A stretch of 64,000 bases of DNA, from the NCBI GenBank assembly GCA_963796685.1, contig CAWCMR010000009.1, positions 329,037-393,036 of the forward strand, written 5' to 3'. The notes below the pieces were generated by a model. That model was not told the origin of the DNA, made no database searches, and saw nothing but the letters and a program-made list of their open reading frames with translations. Shown one piece after another: positions 1 to 10,851 of the stretch. Positions within the stretch are counted from its first letter, which is position 1, and every line of letters starts with the position of its first letter. The translations under genes and the position numbers were made by a program. Source of the stretch: an uncultured delta proteobacterium. Its GTDB lineage: Bacteria > Myxococcota_A > Polyangia > Fen-1088.

Positions 1-37
1 TCGCCTCCTGCTTTGACTTCAATCCGGATGGCGCTAG

Positions 38-1774
<1,737 letters not shown>

Positions 1775-2224
1775 TAGGGAACTCTGACCTGAAACTCACC
1801 CGTCCTGTCGCAACGGCCTCAGCGATGGTCGCGTCGTCCGGCGTGGCAAACCCGACGGAGCGCCGACTGCGGAACCTCTCAACCATGACCTGTCGCGCTC
1901 CCGGAGAGTTCCTCGGCTACCGACTTCAGCTGCAACACCAGCGGATTTTACGCCCGCAACAGCTGTACCAGCGACGCACAATGCTCCGTCGCATGCGTCA
2001 AGGGCTACTGCTACGACTCGCGCGGCCAGTGCGACTACCATCCGATGTGACGGCTCCCGGGAGGTCGACTGTCTTCTACGGCGCCGTGGTCAGTCTCTGC
2101 GGAGCGAATGAGTAGCCGTTCGGCGTAACGTAAGGGCCGGCGGATGGGCACCTCGATGGGTCACGGGGCAACGCCCCGTACTCGTCAGTTTGAGGTCGCG
2201 GCGCTGCAGGCGCCAGCGACTTCG

Positions 2225-4258
2225 CTAGGGTTTCTTCACCGTGCTCAATGCGGACGTGATGCTCTTCTCAAGGCTGCTGCCCAGAAGATGGGCGCCATTC
2301 GAAGAGAGATGCGACTCATCGACGTAGAGAAGTTGTCCGTTGGCTTGAATTCTGCAAGCCTGGTGGGCGCACAGGTACTCATAGGGATGCACAATTTCGA
2401 CACTCGATTCTAGTTGCGAAACAGCTTCCAGCAGCAACTGGTTCACGAGGGTTTCCGTCCTTGCGCGCTCTCGCGACTCGTCGATTGCGCATCTGTTCTC
2501 GTCCAGGCCTCTGAAGTGCGCCCTTCCGACACAGAGCGCCACCTCCGGGGGCGGCAATGGCACCTGAGCAACGAGAATCACGCGACGCCCGCTGTCCACC
2601 AAGATTGAGAGCAATTTCCGGAGGCTACTGATGAACCGTTGCCGGGAGGATTCAATCGAGGGTTGTCCCCCATCGAGCGTGAGTAACAAGTTTCCGCTCG
2701 CGTGTACATCCCAGCGGGCTGCAAGAACCACCACGCGAACAGCATTCTCGGCGAGCACGGACTCAAGCGCGGCATCATTGAAGGCGGGACACTCTGCCCG
2801 CGTCTCGTCGAATGGCAGAAATCGCACACCCGGAATCGGCGAACATCCGGCCTTCGTTATCTCCCGGGTAGCTAAACCGAGCCGTTTGCCAATCTCCTCG
2901 AACACAGAGGCAAGATGCGCGGCGTGGGAATCACCCCAGAGAACCACTTCATACCGGGATCCCCCTGCGGGAGCCCCAAGGAGGCAGCCCTCGCGCGGAG
3001 GAATCGAGGCACCGCGGGCCAAGCAAGGGGACTTCTGCAGGGCCTCCGCCTCCTTCACGAAATCACCAACATCCGGACCGCGCGCCGGCAGCCCGTTGCC
3101 CAAGTACAAGATCGCGCCCACGATAACGAAGACGGCACTTGTCGCAAGACCGCCAATCACCCAGGACCTGACCTTGGCCCTGACAACATGTGTTTTGCGG
3201 AAAGGGCTCTCGACAAATCGCCATGACAGCCAAGCCACGATGAAGATGAGAACGATCAGTCCACTGCGTTCGGCCACGTCCAACTTACGATTGGCGAAAA
3301 CCTGCCCAAACACAAGAATCGGCCAGTGCCAAAGGTACAGCGAGTAGGAGATCATGCCGATCATGACCAGCGGCCGCAGTGACAGAAATCTTCCACCGAT
3401 GGACGGACCGCCTTCCCCTGCGGCGATGATCAGCGCCGCGCCCGCACAGGGTAGCAACGCCGCGATTCCAGGAAACGGTGTCGCCTTGCCGTACGTGGTT
3501 ACCGCGATGGCCAGCAAGCCTATTCCCGCGAGCGAAGCAACCGATCCCAAAATGCGCGGTAGTCGCTGGACCCTGCGGGACACCGACGAAAGACCGAGCA
3601 ACGCGCCCAGCGCAAGCTCCCAGGCCCGTGACGGCAGCAAGTAGAACGCCAGGTTCGGATTGCCGCCCACCCAGCGCGCGCTGAGCATCAGCGTCCCGAC
3701 AAACACGGAGAGCGTGGCCGGAATCTTCCACTTCGAAAGTGCAGGGAAACTCAGAACCGTGAGAATCAGCGGCCAGCAGACATAAAACTGCTCTTCGAGC
3801 GATAGTGTCCAGGTGTGGAGTAGCGGGGTGTATTCGGAGTTGGCGGCGAAGTAGCCGGACCACCGATAGAATAGAATGTTGGAGGTAAACGCCGACGAGG
3901 CAACAAGCGTCTCCCCAAAGGCCTTCAGCTCCACGGGCGGCAAAAGAAAATACGCGGCTACGCTTGTGGCGGTGAGCGTGCCAAACAGTGCGGGAAAGAT
4001 GCGCCGGATTCGACGCTGATAGAAGACGAGTACGGAGAATCGGCGCGCCTTCAGTTCACGCTCGATGATTTGGGTTATTAGGTAGCCCGATATTACGAAG
4101 AACACATCTACGCCGATGAATCCCCCAGGGCAAGAGAAGCCAGCGTGGAAGAGGATGACCGGTAAAACGGCAAGCGCCCGCAGCCCATCGACGTCCGGCC
4201 GGTAGAAGGTCTTGGGCGGCGGATTGTCGAGACTATCTGGATCTGCTGGAGCATGCAT
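2225..4258 (-). CDS. Acyltransferase family 3 (OafA/YrhL-like) O-acyltransferase with C-terminal SGNH/GDSL-like domain
   Basis: The ORF is open to 4375. The N-terminal polytopic region has DGLRALAVLPVILFHAG, and the C-terminal domain has VVLWGDSHAAHL. Start set at ATG 4258 (MHAPADP) because the upstream part looks non-coding. Confidence 0.85.
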   Translation of the reverse strand: MHAPADPDSLDNPPPKTFYRPDVDGLRALAVLPVILFHAGFSCPGGFIGVDVFFVISGYLITQIIERELKARRFSVLVFYQRRIRRIFPALFGTLTATSVAAYFLLPPVELKAFGETLVASSAFTSNILFYRWSGYFAANSEYTPLLHTWTLSLEEQFYVCWPLILTVLSFPALSKWKIPATLSVFVGTLMLSARWVGGNPNLAFYLLPSRAWELALGALLGLSSVSRRVQRLPRILGSVASLAGIGLLAIAVTTYGKATPFPGIAALLPCAGAALIIAAGEGGPSIGGRFLSLRPLVMIGMISYSLYLWHWPILVFGQVFANRKLDVAERSGLIVLIFIVAWLSWRFVESPFRKTHVVRAKVRSWVIGGLATSAVFVIVGAILYLGNGLPARGPDVGDFVKEAEALQKSPCLARGASIPPREGCLLGAPAGGSRYEVVLWGDSHAAHLASVFEEIGKRLGLATREITKAGCSPIPGVRFLPFDETRAECPAFNDAALESVLAENAVRVVVLAARWDVHASGNLLLTLDGGQPSIESSRQRFISSLRKLLSILVDSGRRVILVAQVPLPPPEVALCVGRAHFRGLDENRCAIDESRERARTETLVNQLLLEAVSQLESSVEIVHPYEYLCAHQACRIQANGQLLYVDESHLSSNGAHLLGSSLEKSITSALSTVKKP

Positions 4259-4518
4259 CTCTTGTACTTCTATACCCGGATATTTCCGGTGTGAGAGCCA
4301 GTGTTGGGTATGAGGCCAAGCTGCAAGATGAACGTGTAGGTTACTGTGGTTGACGCAACGATTTCTATCGGGCATTGGGTTAGCGTCGAAGTGGTCCGCG
4401 CCTTCGGGCGCCCTCGGCAGATCCTAGCCCCCCAGCAGCGCCGTAGAGCTGGCTCGCCCGCGAGGAACCGAACCCAAAAGGTCAGGTTGCGCGCCAGCGA
4501 CTCGGGTATTCTCCGCGC

Positions 4519-6069
4519 ATGTTGCCATCGACGACGCCCTCGCCGAAGAAGCGGCTGCTCATTTTCGTCATCGCCTACCGCGCGGAAAAGACCCTGACCT
4601 GGGTGCTATCGCGCATCCCGAGCGCCACGTTCCAGGATCTGGACTGCGAGATCCTGGTCGTCGACGACGCTTCGACGGATCGGACGTTCGAGATCGGGCA
4701 CGAGTGGAAGGAAGCCCATCCCGAGATCGCCGTGACGGTACTGCGCAACGACTACAACCAGGGCTACGGCGGCAACCAGAAGGTCGGCTACACCTACGCC
4801 ATCGAGAACGGGTTCGACTTCGTGGCCATGGTCCACGGCGATGGTCAGTACGCCCCCGAGGAGCTGCCACGCCTGATGGAACCCCTTGCCAAGGGCGACG
4901 CCGATGTCGTCCTGGGCAGCCGCATGATGACCAAAGGTGCCGCTCTCAAGGGAGGGATGCCGCTCTACAAATATCTGGGCAACCGCATTCTCACCGGCCT
5001 GCAGAACTTTCTCCTGCGGGCCAACCTGACCGAGTATCACAGTGGCTATCGGCTGTTCGCGGTCGCGGCCCTCAAGGCGCTGCCCTTCCGCCTGAACTCG
5101 AACGACTTCCACTTCGACACCGAGATCATCATCCAGCTCCTCAACGGAGGCTTCCGCATCGCCGAGCTGCCTATCCCGACCTACTACGGCGACGAGATCT
5201 GCTACGTCGACGGCATCAAGTACGCCAAGGAGGTCGTGCACGCCACGCTCCGCAACACCGCCCACCGGATGGGGCTGCTCTACCAGCGCAGATTCGACAT
5301 CGGCGCCGCCGACAACCGCCACTATGAATTGAAGCTGGGCTACGCTAGCACGCACAGCTGGGCGCTCGCCGCGGTTCCGCGCGGCAGCAGCGTCATCGAC
5401 ATCGGGGCCGGGCCGGGCGGAATGGCGAGGGAGCTGGCCAAGAAGGGCTGCACGGTGGCCGTGGTCGACCAATTTTCGCCGGGTCTGCCGGCCGGGGACA
5501 TCCGCATCTTCCGGCAGGATCTGGACGCGCCCCTGACCTTCGATGTCGGGCCGTACAAGCACATCCTCTTGCTCGATGTCATCGAGCACCTGCACTCGCC
5601 CGAGGATTTTCTCGAGCGGCTGCGCAGCCAGTTCACCCACGAGCCCAAGACCTTCATCCTGACGACCGCCAACGTCGCGTTCATCATCCAGCGCCTCATG
5701 CTGCTGGCCGGCCAGTTCAACTATGGCAAGAGCGGCATCCTCGACCGGACCCACACGCGCCTGCTCAGCTTCCGCAGCACGCGCCACCTCCTGCGCGACA
5801 GCGGTTTCCGCATCAAGTGTATGCGTGGCGTGCCTGCGCCCTTTCCCAAAGTCCTGGGCAATGGCCGTCTTGGGCGATTCGCGGTCAAAGCGAATCTCGC
5901 GCTCATCAAGCTCAGCAAGACCTTGTTCTCGTACCAGATCTACGTCGAGGCCGAGACCACGCCGGACGTGAGCTTCGTGCTGCGCGACACGCAGGAAAAG
6001 AGCGCAAAGCGCGCTCCCAAGCTGCGCGCGGTCGGGACGTCCGTCCCCGACTCGGAACCTTCGCGCTAA
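4519..6069 (+). CDS. Glycosyltransferase family 2 fused to a class I SAM-dependent methyltransferase domain
   Basis: The N-terminal half has GT2 motifs (ILVVDDASTDRT, DGDGQY-like HGDGQY). The C-terminal half has the SAM-binding motif VIDIGAGPGG and LLLDVIEHL. Confidence 0.85.
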   Translation: MLPSTTPSPKKRLLIFVIAYRAEKTLTWVLSRIPSATFQDLDCEILVVDDASTDRTFEIGHEWKEAHPEIAVTVLRNDYNQGYGGNQKVGYTYAIENGFDFVAMVHGDGQYAPEELPRLMEPLAKGDADVVLGSRMMTKGAALKGGMPLYKYLGNRILTGLQNFLLRANLTEYHSGYRLFAVAALKALPFRLNSNDFHFDTEIIIQLLNGGFRIAELPIPTYYGDEICYVDGIKYAKEVVHATLRNTAHRMGLLYQRRFDIGAADNRHYELKLGYASTHSWALAAVPRGSSVIDIGAGPGGMARELAKKGCTVAVVDQFSPGLPAGDIRIFRQDLDAPLTFDVGPYKHILLLDVIEHLHSPEDFLERLRSQFTHEPKTFILTTANVAFIIQRLMLLAGQFNYGKSGILDRTHTRLLSFRSTRHLLRDSGFRIKCMRGVPAPFPKVLGNGRLGRFAVKANLALIKLSKTLFSYQIYVEAETTPDVSFVLRDTQEKSAKRAPKLRAVGTSVPDSEPSR

Positions 6070-6092
6070 CACCCGTTGCCAAGACCCGTCGC

Positions 6093-6120
6093 GAGTCTCG
6101 GACCTCCGTCCGAGACTCGG
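6093..6120. terminator. Perfect 11-bp stem / 6-nt loop hairpin between convergent genes (candidate bidirectional terminator)
   Basis: CGAGTCTCGGA-cctccg-TCCGAGACTCG read directly. It lies between the stop at 6069 (+) and the stop at 6136 (-). Confidence 0.55.
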
Positions 6121-6135
6121 CGTCCACCGAATCGA

Positions 6136-8787
6136 CTACGATATGATGTAGTGGCAGGAGCTGTCGCAGGGCTGGCCGGCGACGCCGTTGTTCGATCCCA
6201 GGTCGCACTCTTCTTTCAGGTTGGTATCGACGATGCCGTCGCCACAGTAGTGCGGTGCCATGCAACCAATGGTGCATTCGCTGCCGCCGTTGTCCTTGCC
6301 CTTGTCGCAGTCCTCGTTCGGACTGTCCGTATTGCCGTCGCCACAGAAGGGTCCGAACTTGCACTGCGTGGTGCAACCACCGTAGGCCTTGTCGTCGTTC
6401 TTGGTCGTGCAGCCGTCAGGCAGCGAACCGGAGCCGTCGCCGCAGTCGCATTCCTCGCCCCCAGACACGACGCCATCGCCACAGCGGGGCGAGCAATCCG
6501 ACCTCTTGGTCGTGTAGCCGTTGAGGGTGAGCTGGTAGTTCGACTCGGGGGGGTGACGATCGGCACCGAAGATGGCAATCTCGTAGACCTTGCCGGTGGT
6601 CAGCCCCAGCTTGACGGTCCCTGTCTTGAAGTCATCCGGCGTGACAGCAGCCGGGGAAGTCACGTTGTTGTTGGTGACCGTGCATGCGGTGGACCCAGCG
6701 GTGACCCCGGTGATGTTTCCGGCCGCATCCAGGCATCCACCCTCGGAAAACGTCGCGTCCCCTGGATCGCCGGTGACGGTGACCTTGCCCGGCAGCTGCT
6801 GGTGAACGCCACCCAGATCGAGGACCAAGACGCCGTTGATGAACACGAACATATCGTCATCGCCGAAGAAGCTCAGGGAGATGCCATTGGTGCCGTCGTA
6901 CACGAAGTAGTAGCGTACCTCATCGGTGAAGTAGGAGTCGTGCTTGGTGCCCGGGGTAGCCGTGACCCAACAGCCGTCGGTGAGCTTGGCGCCGGACGGG
7001 CAATCGGCCGCGGTCACGCGGGGCGGGAACAGATACTGGTCGCCCGTGCAAGTCGTCCAGATGGGGTTTCCGTTGCCATGGTTCCAATAGGGCCAAAGGT
7101 CGCACAACGTGGCCTGGGAAGGATTCAGCGTGTCCAGGGGAAAGAAACCGGAGTCGGGACCGGCCAGGTGCGTCTTGCTGGCGTACTGGTAGATGTTGGT
7201 GCCGGAGGCGAGCGGCTTCATCTCGATGACACCCGTGAACGTCTTGTTCACCGTGCTGTCATCGTTGAACCATTGCTTGAAGCTGTTGGCGTCTTTGTAA
7301 GCTGGCGTGGTTCCGTGCCAGATGGGGCCGCCAGGGGAGCTGGAGGTGTAGCCGGTGATGGTGCCCGTGGAGACGCCGGCGTTGCCGGTCACGCTGACGG
7401 CGGAGCCGGCGGCTCCGCCGAGGTAGGCACCAGCGCCGTCGGAGAGCGGGCTATCGTTGCCGGCCTGGGTGTAGTTGCCGGGAATCCTGCTCGAATTGCC
7501 GATGTTCCAATCGCTGAACTGGCAAGCGCAGGTCTTCGTGGAGCCGGGTTGCGGCTTGCCGTGTAGAAGATTGTTGTCCACGATGCCCCAGCAACGCGCG
7601 GTCGAGTCGTTACCCTTCGAAGGCCCGCCCGAATTGGGAACGCAGATGGTCGTGGGCGACTTGGAGCCATTGGCCTTCGTGCCGAGGAAGAAGAAGTCCG
7701 GATGTCCACCCGAAGCCACGTTCTCGGGCTGGAAGTCCCGGTAGGTGACGGGCAGATCGAGGCATGATCCCGTATTCCCCGCCTGCGTGCAGTCCGTGGA
7801 GTCTTGGACGGTCTGGGTCGAGCACGTAAAGCCGTCCTCGATCTTGCAGCTCGACGAGCAGCCATCGCCGTCGAGCACATTGGCATCGTCGCAATCTTCG
7901 CCTGGATCGAGATTGCCATCACCGCAAGCCGAGGTGCAGGCCTGGGTCTTGCCAGAGCTGTCCTGGCAAGTGGGCTCCTTGGTGCAGGTCTTGGAGCAGC
8001 CTTTGCCGTCGCCGTAGAAGAGGCCGTTCACGGCCTTGCAGTCCTTGGGGAGGTTCGTTGCGTCCGTGCCGCAGTCGCACAGCTCGGTCTTCTCCACGAC
8101 CCCGTTGCCGCATTTGGCCATCTTGCAAGCCCCGCCCTGGGGCGGACAGTCGGCGCCGGGCTCGATCTGGCAGGTGCTGGAGCAGCCATCGCCGCTATCC
8201 GAGTTGCCGTCGTCGCAGGCTTCACTGCCGATGACCTTGCCGTCCCCGCACAGCGGCGTGCAGCGCTTGCCGGGCACGCGACATTGATACCCGGGCTCGA
8301 CGGTCTGGCAGTCCGCGGAACAGCCGTCTCGGTCCTTGGTGTTGCCGTCGTCGCAGGTTTCGTCGGAGGTCAGATAGCCGTTTCCGCACACCGCGAGATT
8401 CGTGCAAGGCTGCCCAGGCGTTTCGCAGAGGTAGTTGGCCTCGAGCTGGCATAGCTTGTTGCAACCGTCACCACTGACGGTGTTGCCGTCGTCGCACGCT
8501 TCACCGTTGCCCGTGTCGAGCACGCCATCGCCGCAATTCTTCGTGTTCACGCTGGTGGGTCCGGTGTTGCCGCCGTGGCCAACCGTGCCGATGGTGATGC
8601 CGCCGCCCCCGCCATTGCCACCGCCACCCTTACCGCCGCCATTGCCACCACCACCCCCGGTATCGATCGTTCCACCGCCTTGACATCCCAGCCCCCCGCC
8701 GACCAAGACCAGTCCAACCAAAATTCTCGACAGACAAGTCACAAGCCTCGGAAGGCTGGCGCAATGACGGAGAGTGGTGGTTCTCAT
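6136..8787 (-). CDS. Secreted lipoprotein with Gly-rich linker, multiple Myxococcus-type cysteine-rich repeats and a fibro-slime/PA14-like domain
   Basis: Signal/lipobox LVLVGGGLGC. Repeated CGDG..E.CDDGN..GDGCS..C units occur at both ends. The central part has FFPLD ... FFGDDDMFVFINGVLVLDLGGVH, typical of fibro-slime domains. Start set at ATG 8787 (MRTTTL). Confidence 0.8.
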   Translation of the reverse strand: MRTTTLRHCASLPRLVTCLSRILVGLVLVGGGLGCQGGGTIDTGGGGGNGGGKGGGGNGGGGGITIGTVGHGGNTGPTSVNTKNCGDGVLDTGNGEACDDGNTVSGDGCNKLCQLEANYLCETPGQPCTNLAVCGNGYLTSDETCDDGNTKDRDGCSADCQTVEPGYQCRVPGKRCTPLCGDGKVIGSEACDDGNSDSGDGCSSTCQIEPGADCPPQGGACKMAKCGNGVVEKTELCDCGTDATNLPKDCKAVNGLFYGDGKGCSKTCTKEPTCQDSSGKTQACTSACGDGNLDPGEDCDDANVLDGDGCSSSCKIEDGFTCSTQTVQDSTDCTQAGNTGSCLDLPVTYRDFQPENVASGGHPDFFFLGTKANGSKSPTTICVPNSGGPSKGNDSTARCWGIVDNNLLHGKPQPGSTKTCACQFSDWNIGNSSRIPGNYTQAGNDSPLSDGAGAYLGGAAGSAVSVTGNAGVSTGTITGYTSSSPGGPIWHGTTPAYKDANSFKQWFNDDSTVNKTFTGVIEMKPLASGTNIYQYASKTHLAGPDSGFFPLDTLNPSQATLCDLWPYWNHGNGNPIWTTCTGDQYLFPPRVTAADCPSGAKLTDGCWVTATPGTKHDSYFTDEVRYYFVYDGTNGISLSFFGDDDMFVFINGVLVLDLGGVHQQLPGKVTVTGDPGDATFSEGGCLDAAGNITGVTAGSTACTVTNNNVTSPAAVTPDDFKTGTVKLGLTTGKVYEIAIFGADRHPPESNYQLTLNGYTTKRSDCSPRCGDGVVSGGEECDCGDGSGSLPDGCTTKNDDKAYGGCTTQCKFGPFCGDGNTDSPNEDCDKGKDNGGSECTIGCMAPHYCGDGIVDTNLKEECDLGSNNGVAGQPCDSSCHYIIS

Positions 8788-8973
8788 TTGAACATACCTC
8801 GCGTGAAAATAGGCGGGTCCCATGCCCGGCCGCTGGAAGTTAGTATAGCGGAGCACCTCGTCTCGATTACAAGAAAATACGGCAGGAACACCGCGGGGAT
8901 GAGAGCGATCTCACCTTGCCATCGGGTCTGGCCGATCGGCGCAACCTCCACCGCCCCGAACGACGCTCGCCCT

Positions 8974-9001
8974 GCAAAACACCCCACCTTGTCCGGGTGG
9001 G
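8974..9001 (-). terminator. Intrinsic terminator candidate after the mqn gene pair
   Basis: The minus-strand RNA reads CCCACC-cggacaa-GGTGGG followed by GUGUUUUG, about 30 nt downstream of the stop at 9030. Confidence 0.45.
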
Positions 9002-9029
9002 AAGGCACATTTCACAGAGTCGGAAGGCG

Positions 9030-10851
9030 CTATGCGCTAGCAGCGGGCAAGGTAGCCGCGCGGCCGGGGCTTCGTTCATGGAGAGCCGGGGTGGCACCAT
9101 CGCGGACCGGCAGCAGCTCGTAGCGCATGTTCCGTCGGCGAGGAACGAACCCGGCCGCCCGTACACGACGCTCGATGTCCTCCGCCGATAGCTTGAAGAC
9201 GGCGCCGGCCTGGGACACGACGTTCTCTTCGATCATGGCGGACCCGAAGTCATTGCCCCCGAAGCGCAACGCCACCTGCCCGATGTCCGGCCCCATGGTG
9301 GGCCAGGACACCTGCAAATTGGGGACATTGTCGAGGTAGAGACGCGCCAGGCTGAACACGCGCAGGTAGCGATGCGCCGAAGTGTCGTCCTCGAGCCGCA
9401 AGCGTGTGCCCTCGGACTGAAAGGGCCAGCAGATGAAGGCCGTGAAGCCAGCGGTCTGGTCCTGCAGCGCTCGCAGACGGTCGAGATGCTTGATGATGTG
9501 CTCGGGCGTCTCACCGAAGCCGAAGACCATGGTTGCCGTCGTGCGCAAGCCGAGGGCATGGGCCTCGCGCATCACGTCCATCCACGTACCCGCCGAGCAC
9601 TTGAGCGGTGAAACCCGACGTCGAATCTCGTCGTCGAGGATCTCGGCCCCGCCACCGGGAAGGCTGTCCAGCCCGGCCTCCACCAGGCGCCGCAGGACCT
9701 CCCGAATGGACAGTCCTTCCTGTTTGGCGATGAAGCTCACCTCCTCGGGCGAAAGCGCGTGCAAGGCCAGGGGGAAGGTCGCCTTGGTCCAGCGGAAGAG
9801 ATCCTCGTAGTACCCGATGCGCAGGTTCGGGTTGACGCCCCCCTGGAGCAGGATCTGGATCCCGCCCATGGCCACGGTTTCCGAGAACTTCTCGGCCAGC
9901 ACCTCGCGTGACAGGGTGTAGGCATCCTTGCTCTTGGCGGGCCGGTAGAAGTTGCAGAACTTGCACGCCGTGATGCAGAGGTTGGTGTAGTTCACGTTGC
10001 GGTCGATGATGTACGTAACGAGGTTCCGTGGGTGCAAAGAGCGCCGCCGCTCGTCCGCGGCCTTGCCCAGATCGAGCAGCGTGGCGCTTTCGTACAGCCG
10101 GATGCCCTCGGCTGGGCTCAAGCGCTCCCCCGCTGCCGCCCCCGAAAGCAGGGCGTCCAGACCCGGCATCGCGCTCTTGCGCTGCTTCGTCCCGGCCGCA
10201 TGGCTCTCCTGCCCCGGAGCGTAGGCGAAGTCGAAGAAGCGGATCCGGGTGGGGGTGGTATGCGATGGCGTCTCGGCCGAACGCAGGTGCTCGAGGAACG
10301 CCGCCAAACCGGACATCTCCTCCGCGCCCAGTCGATAGTCTAGGCTCTCGGTCAGAAAGCCCTCGTAGAGCGCCGGAGAGCCCCCGTGGGCCTCGGCAAA
10401 CGCGCCCGCGATGTCGCCCAGGTGGGCCAGCCCCTGCTGCAAGCTGGCGGCGAGCAGGTTGGACTCGGCCGCGCCCGCGGCTCCGTTCTGCCCAATCCAC
10501 AGCAACGAGACGAAGGGCAACCCGAACCGTCGGCACCAGTCGCCCACGCTGCCCGAGAGCGCTCCCAGGCTGTGCTCGCGCCTCAGATCGGTCGGAACAT
10601 CGCCGCGAACGACGACCGCCACGCGTGGAACGATCCGAAGGTCGAGAGCGCTGCCCAGGGAAAGCGAGGCAAAGCTCGCGCTGGGAAGGAGCGCGAGATC
10701 GGCCAGCCCGCGGGATACGCGGGAGGCGCACCCCTCGGCCGAGTCGAAGGCCAAGTCGAAAAGAATCCTCGACCAGTCCTCGTTCGATTCCGTAGGTCAG
10801 CGGCCGCGCGCTCAAAGACGAAACCGCGACCAAGCGCACCCGCGCCGTCAC
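9030..10851 (-). CDS. MqnA-like domain fused to a MqnC/MqnE-family radical SAM enzyme (futalosine menaquinone pathway); frame disrupted near 10758-10762
   Basis: GTG 10851 opens [26 protein letters not shown] (MqnA-type N-terminus). The continuation is in the 9030..10754 ORF and carries the radical SAM motif CITACKFCNF and GGGAEILDD. The reconstructed length is 3n+1. Confidence 0.75.

Noticed and set aside
8575-8690. Short-period nucleotide repeats (GGN/CCN runs here and at 23283-23453, 19890-20040, 61080-61400) that could be mistaken for CRISPR or satellite arrays
   Set aside because: They are in frame inside CDSs and encode Gly-rich or Pro/Glu-rich linkers. There are no unique spacers of constant length and no cas genes.
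9511-10851. 446-aa ORF overlapping the radical SAM gene
   Set aside because: Only its first ~30 codons (the MqnA-type N-terminus) look real. The rest is the out-of-frame shadow of the 9030..10754 ORF (see the frameshift finding).
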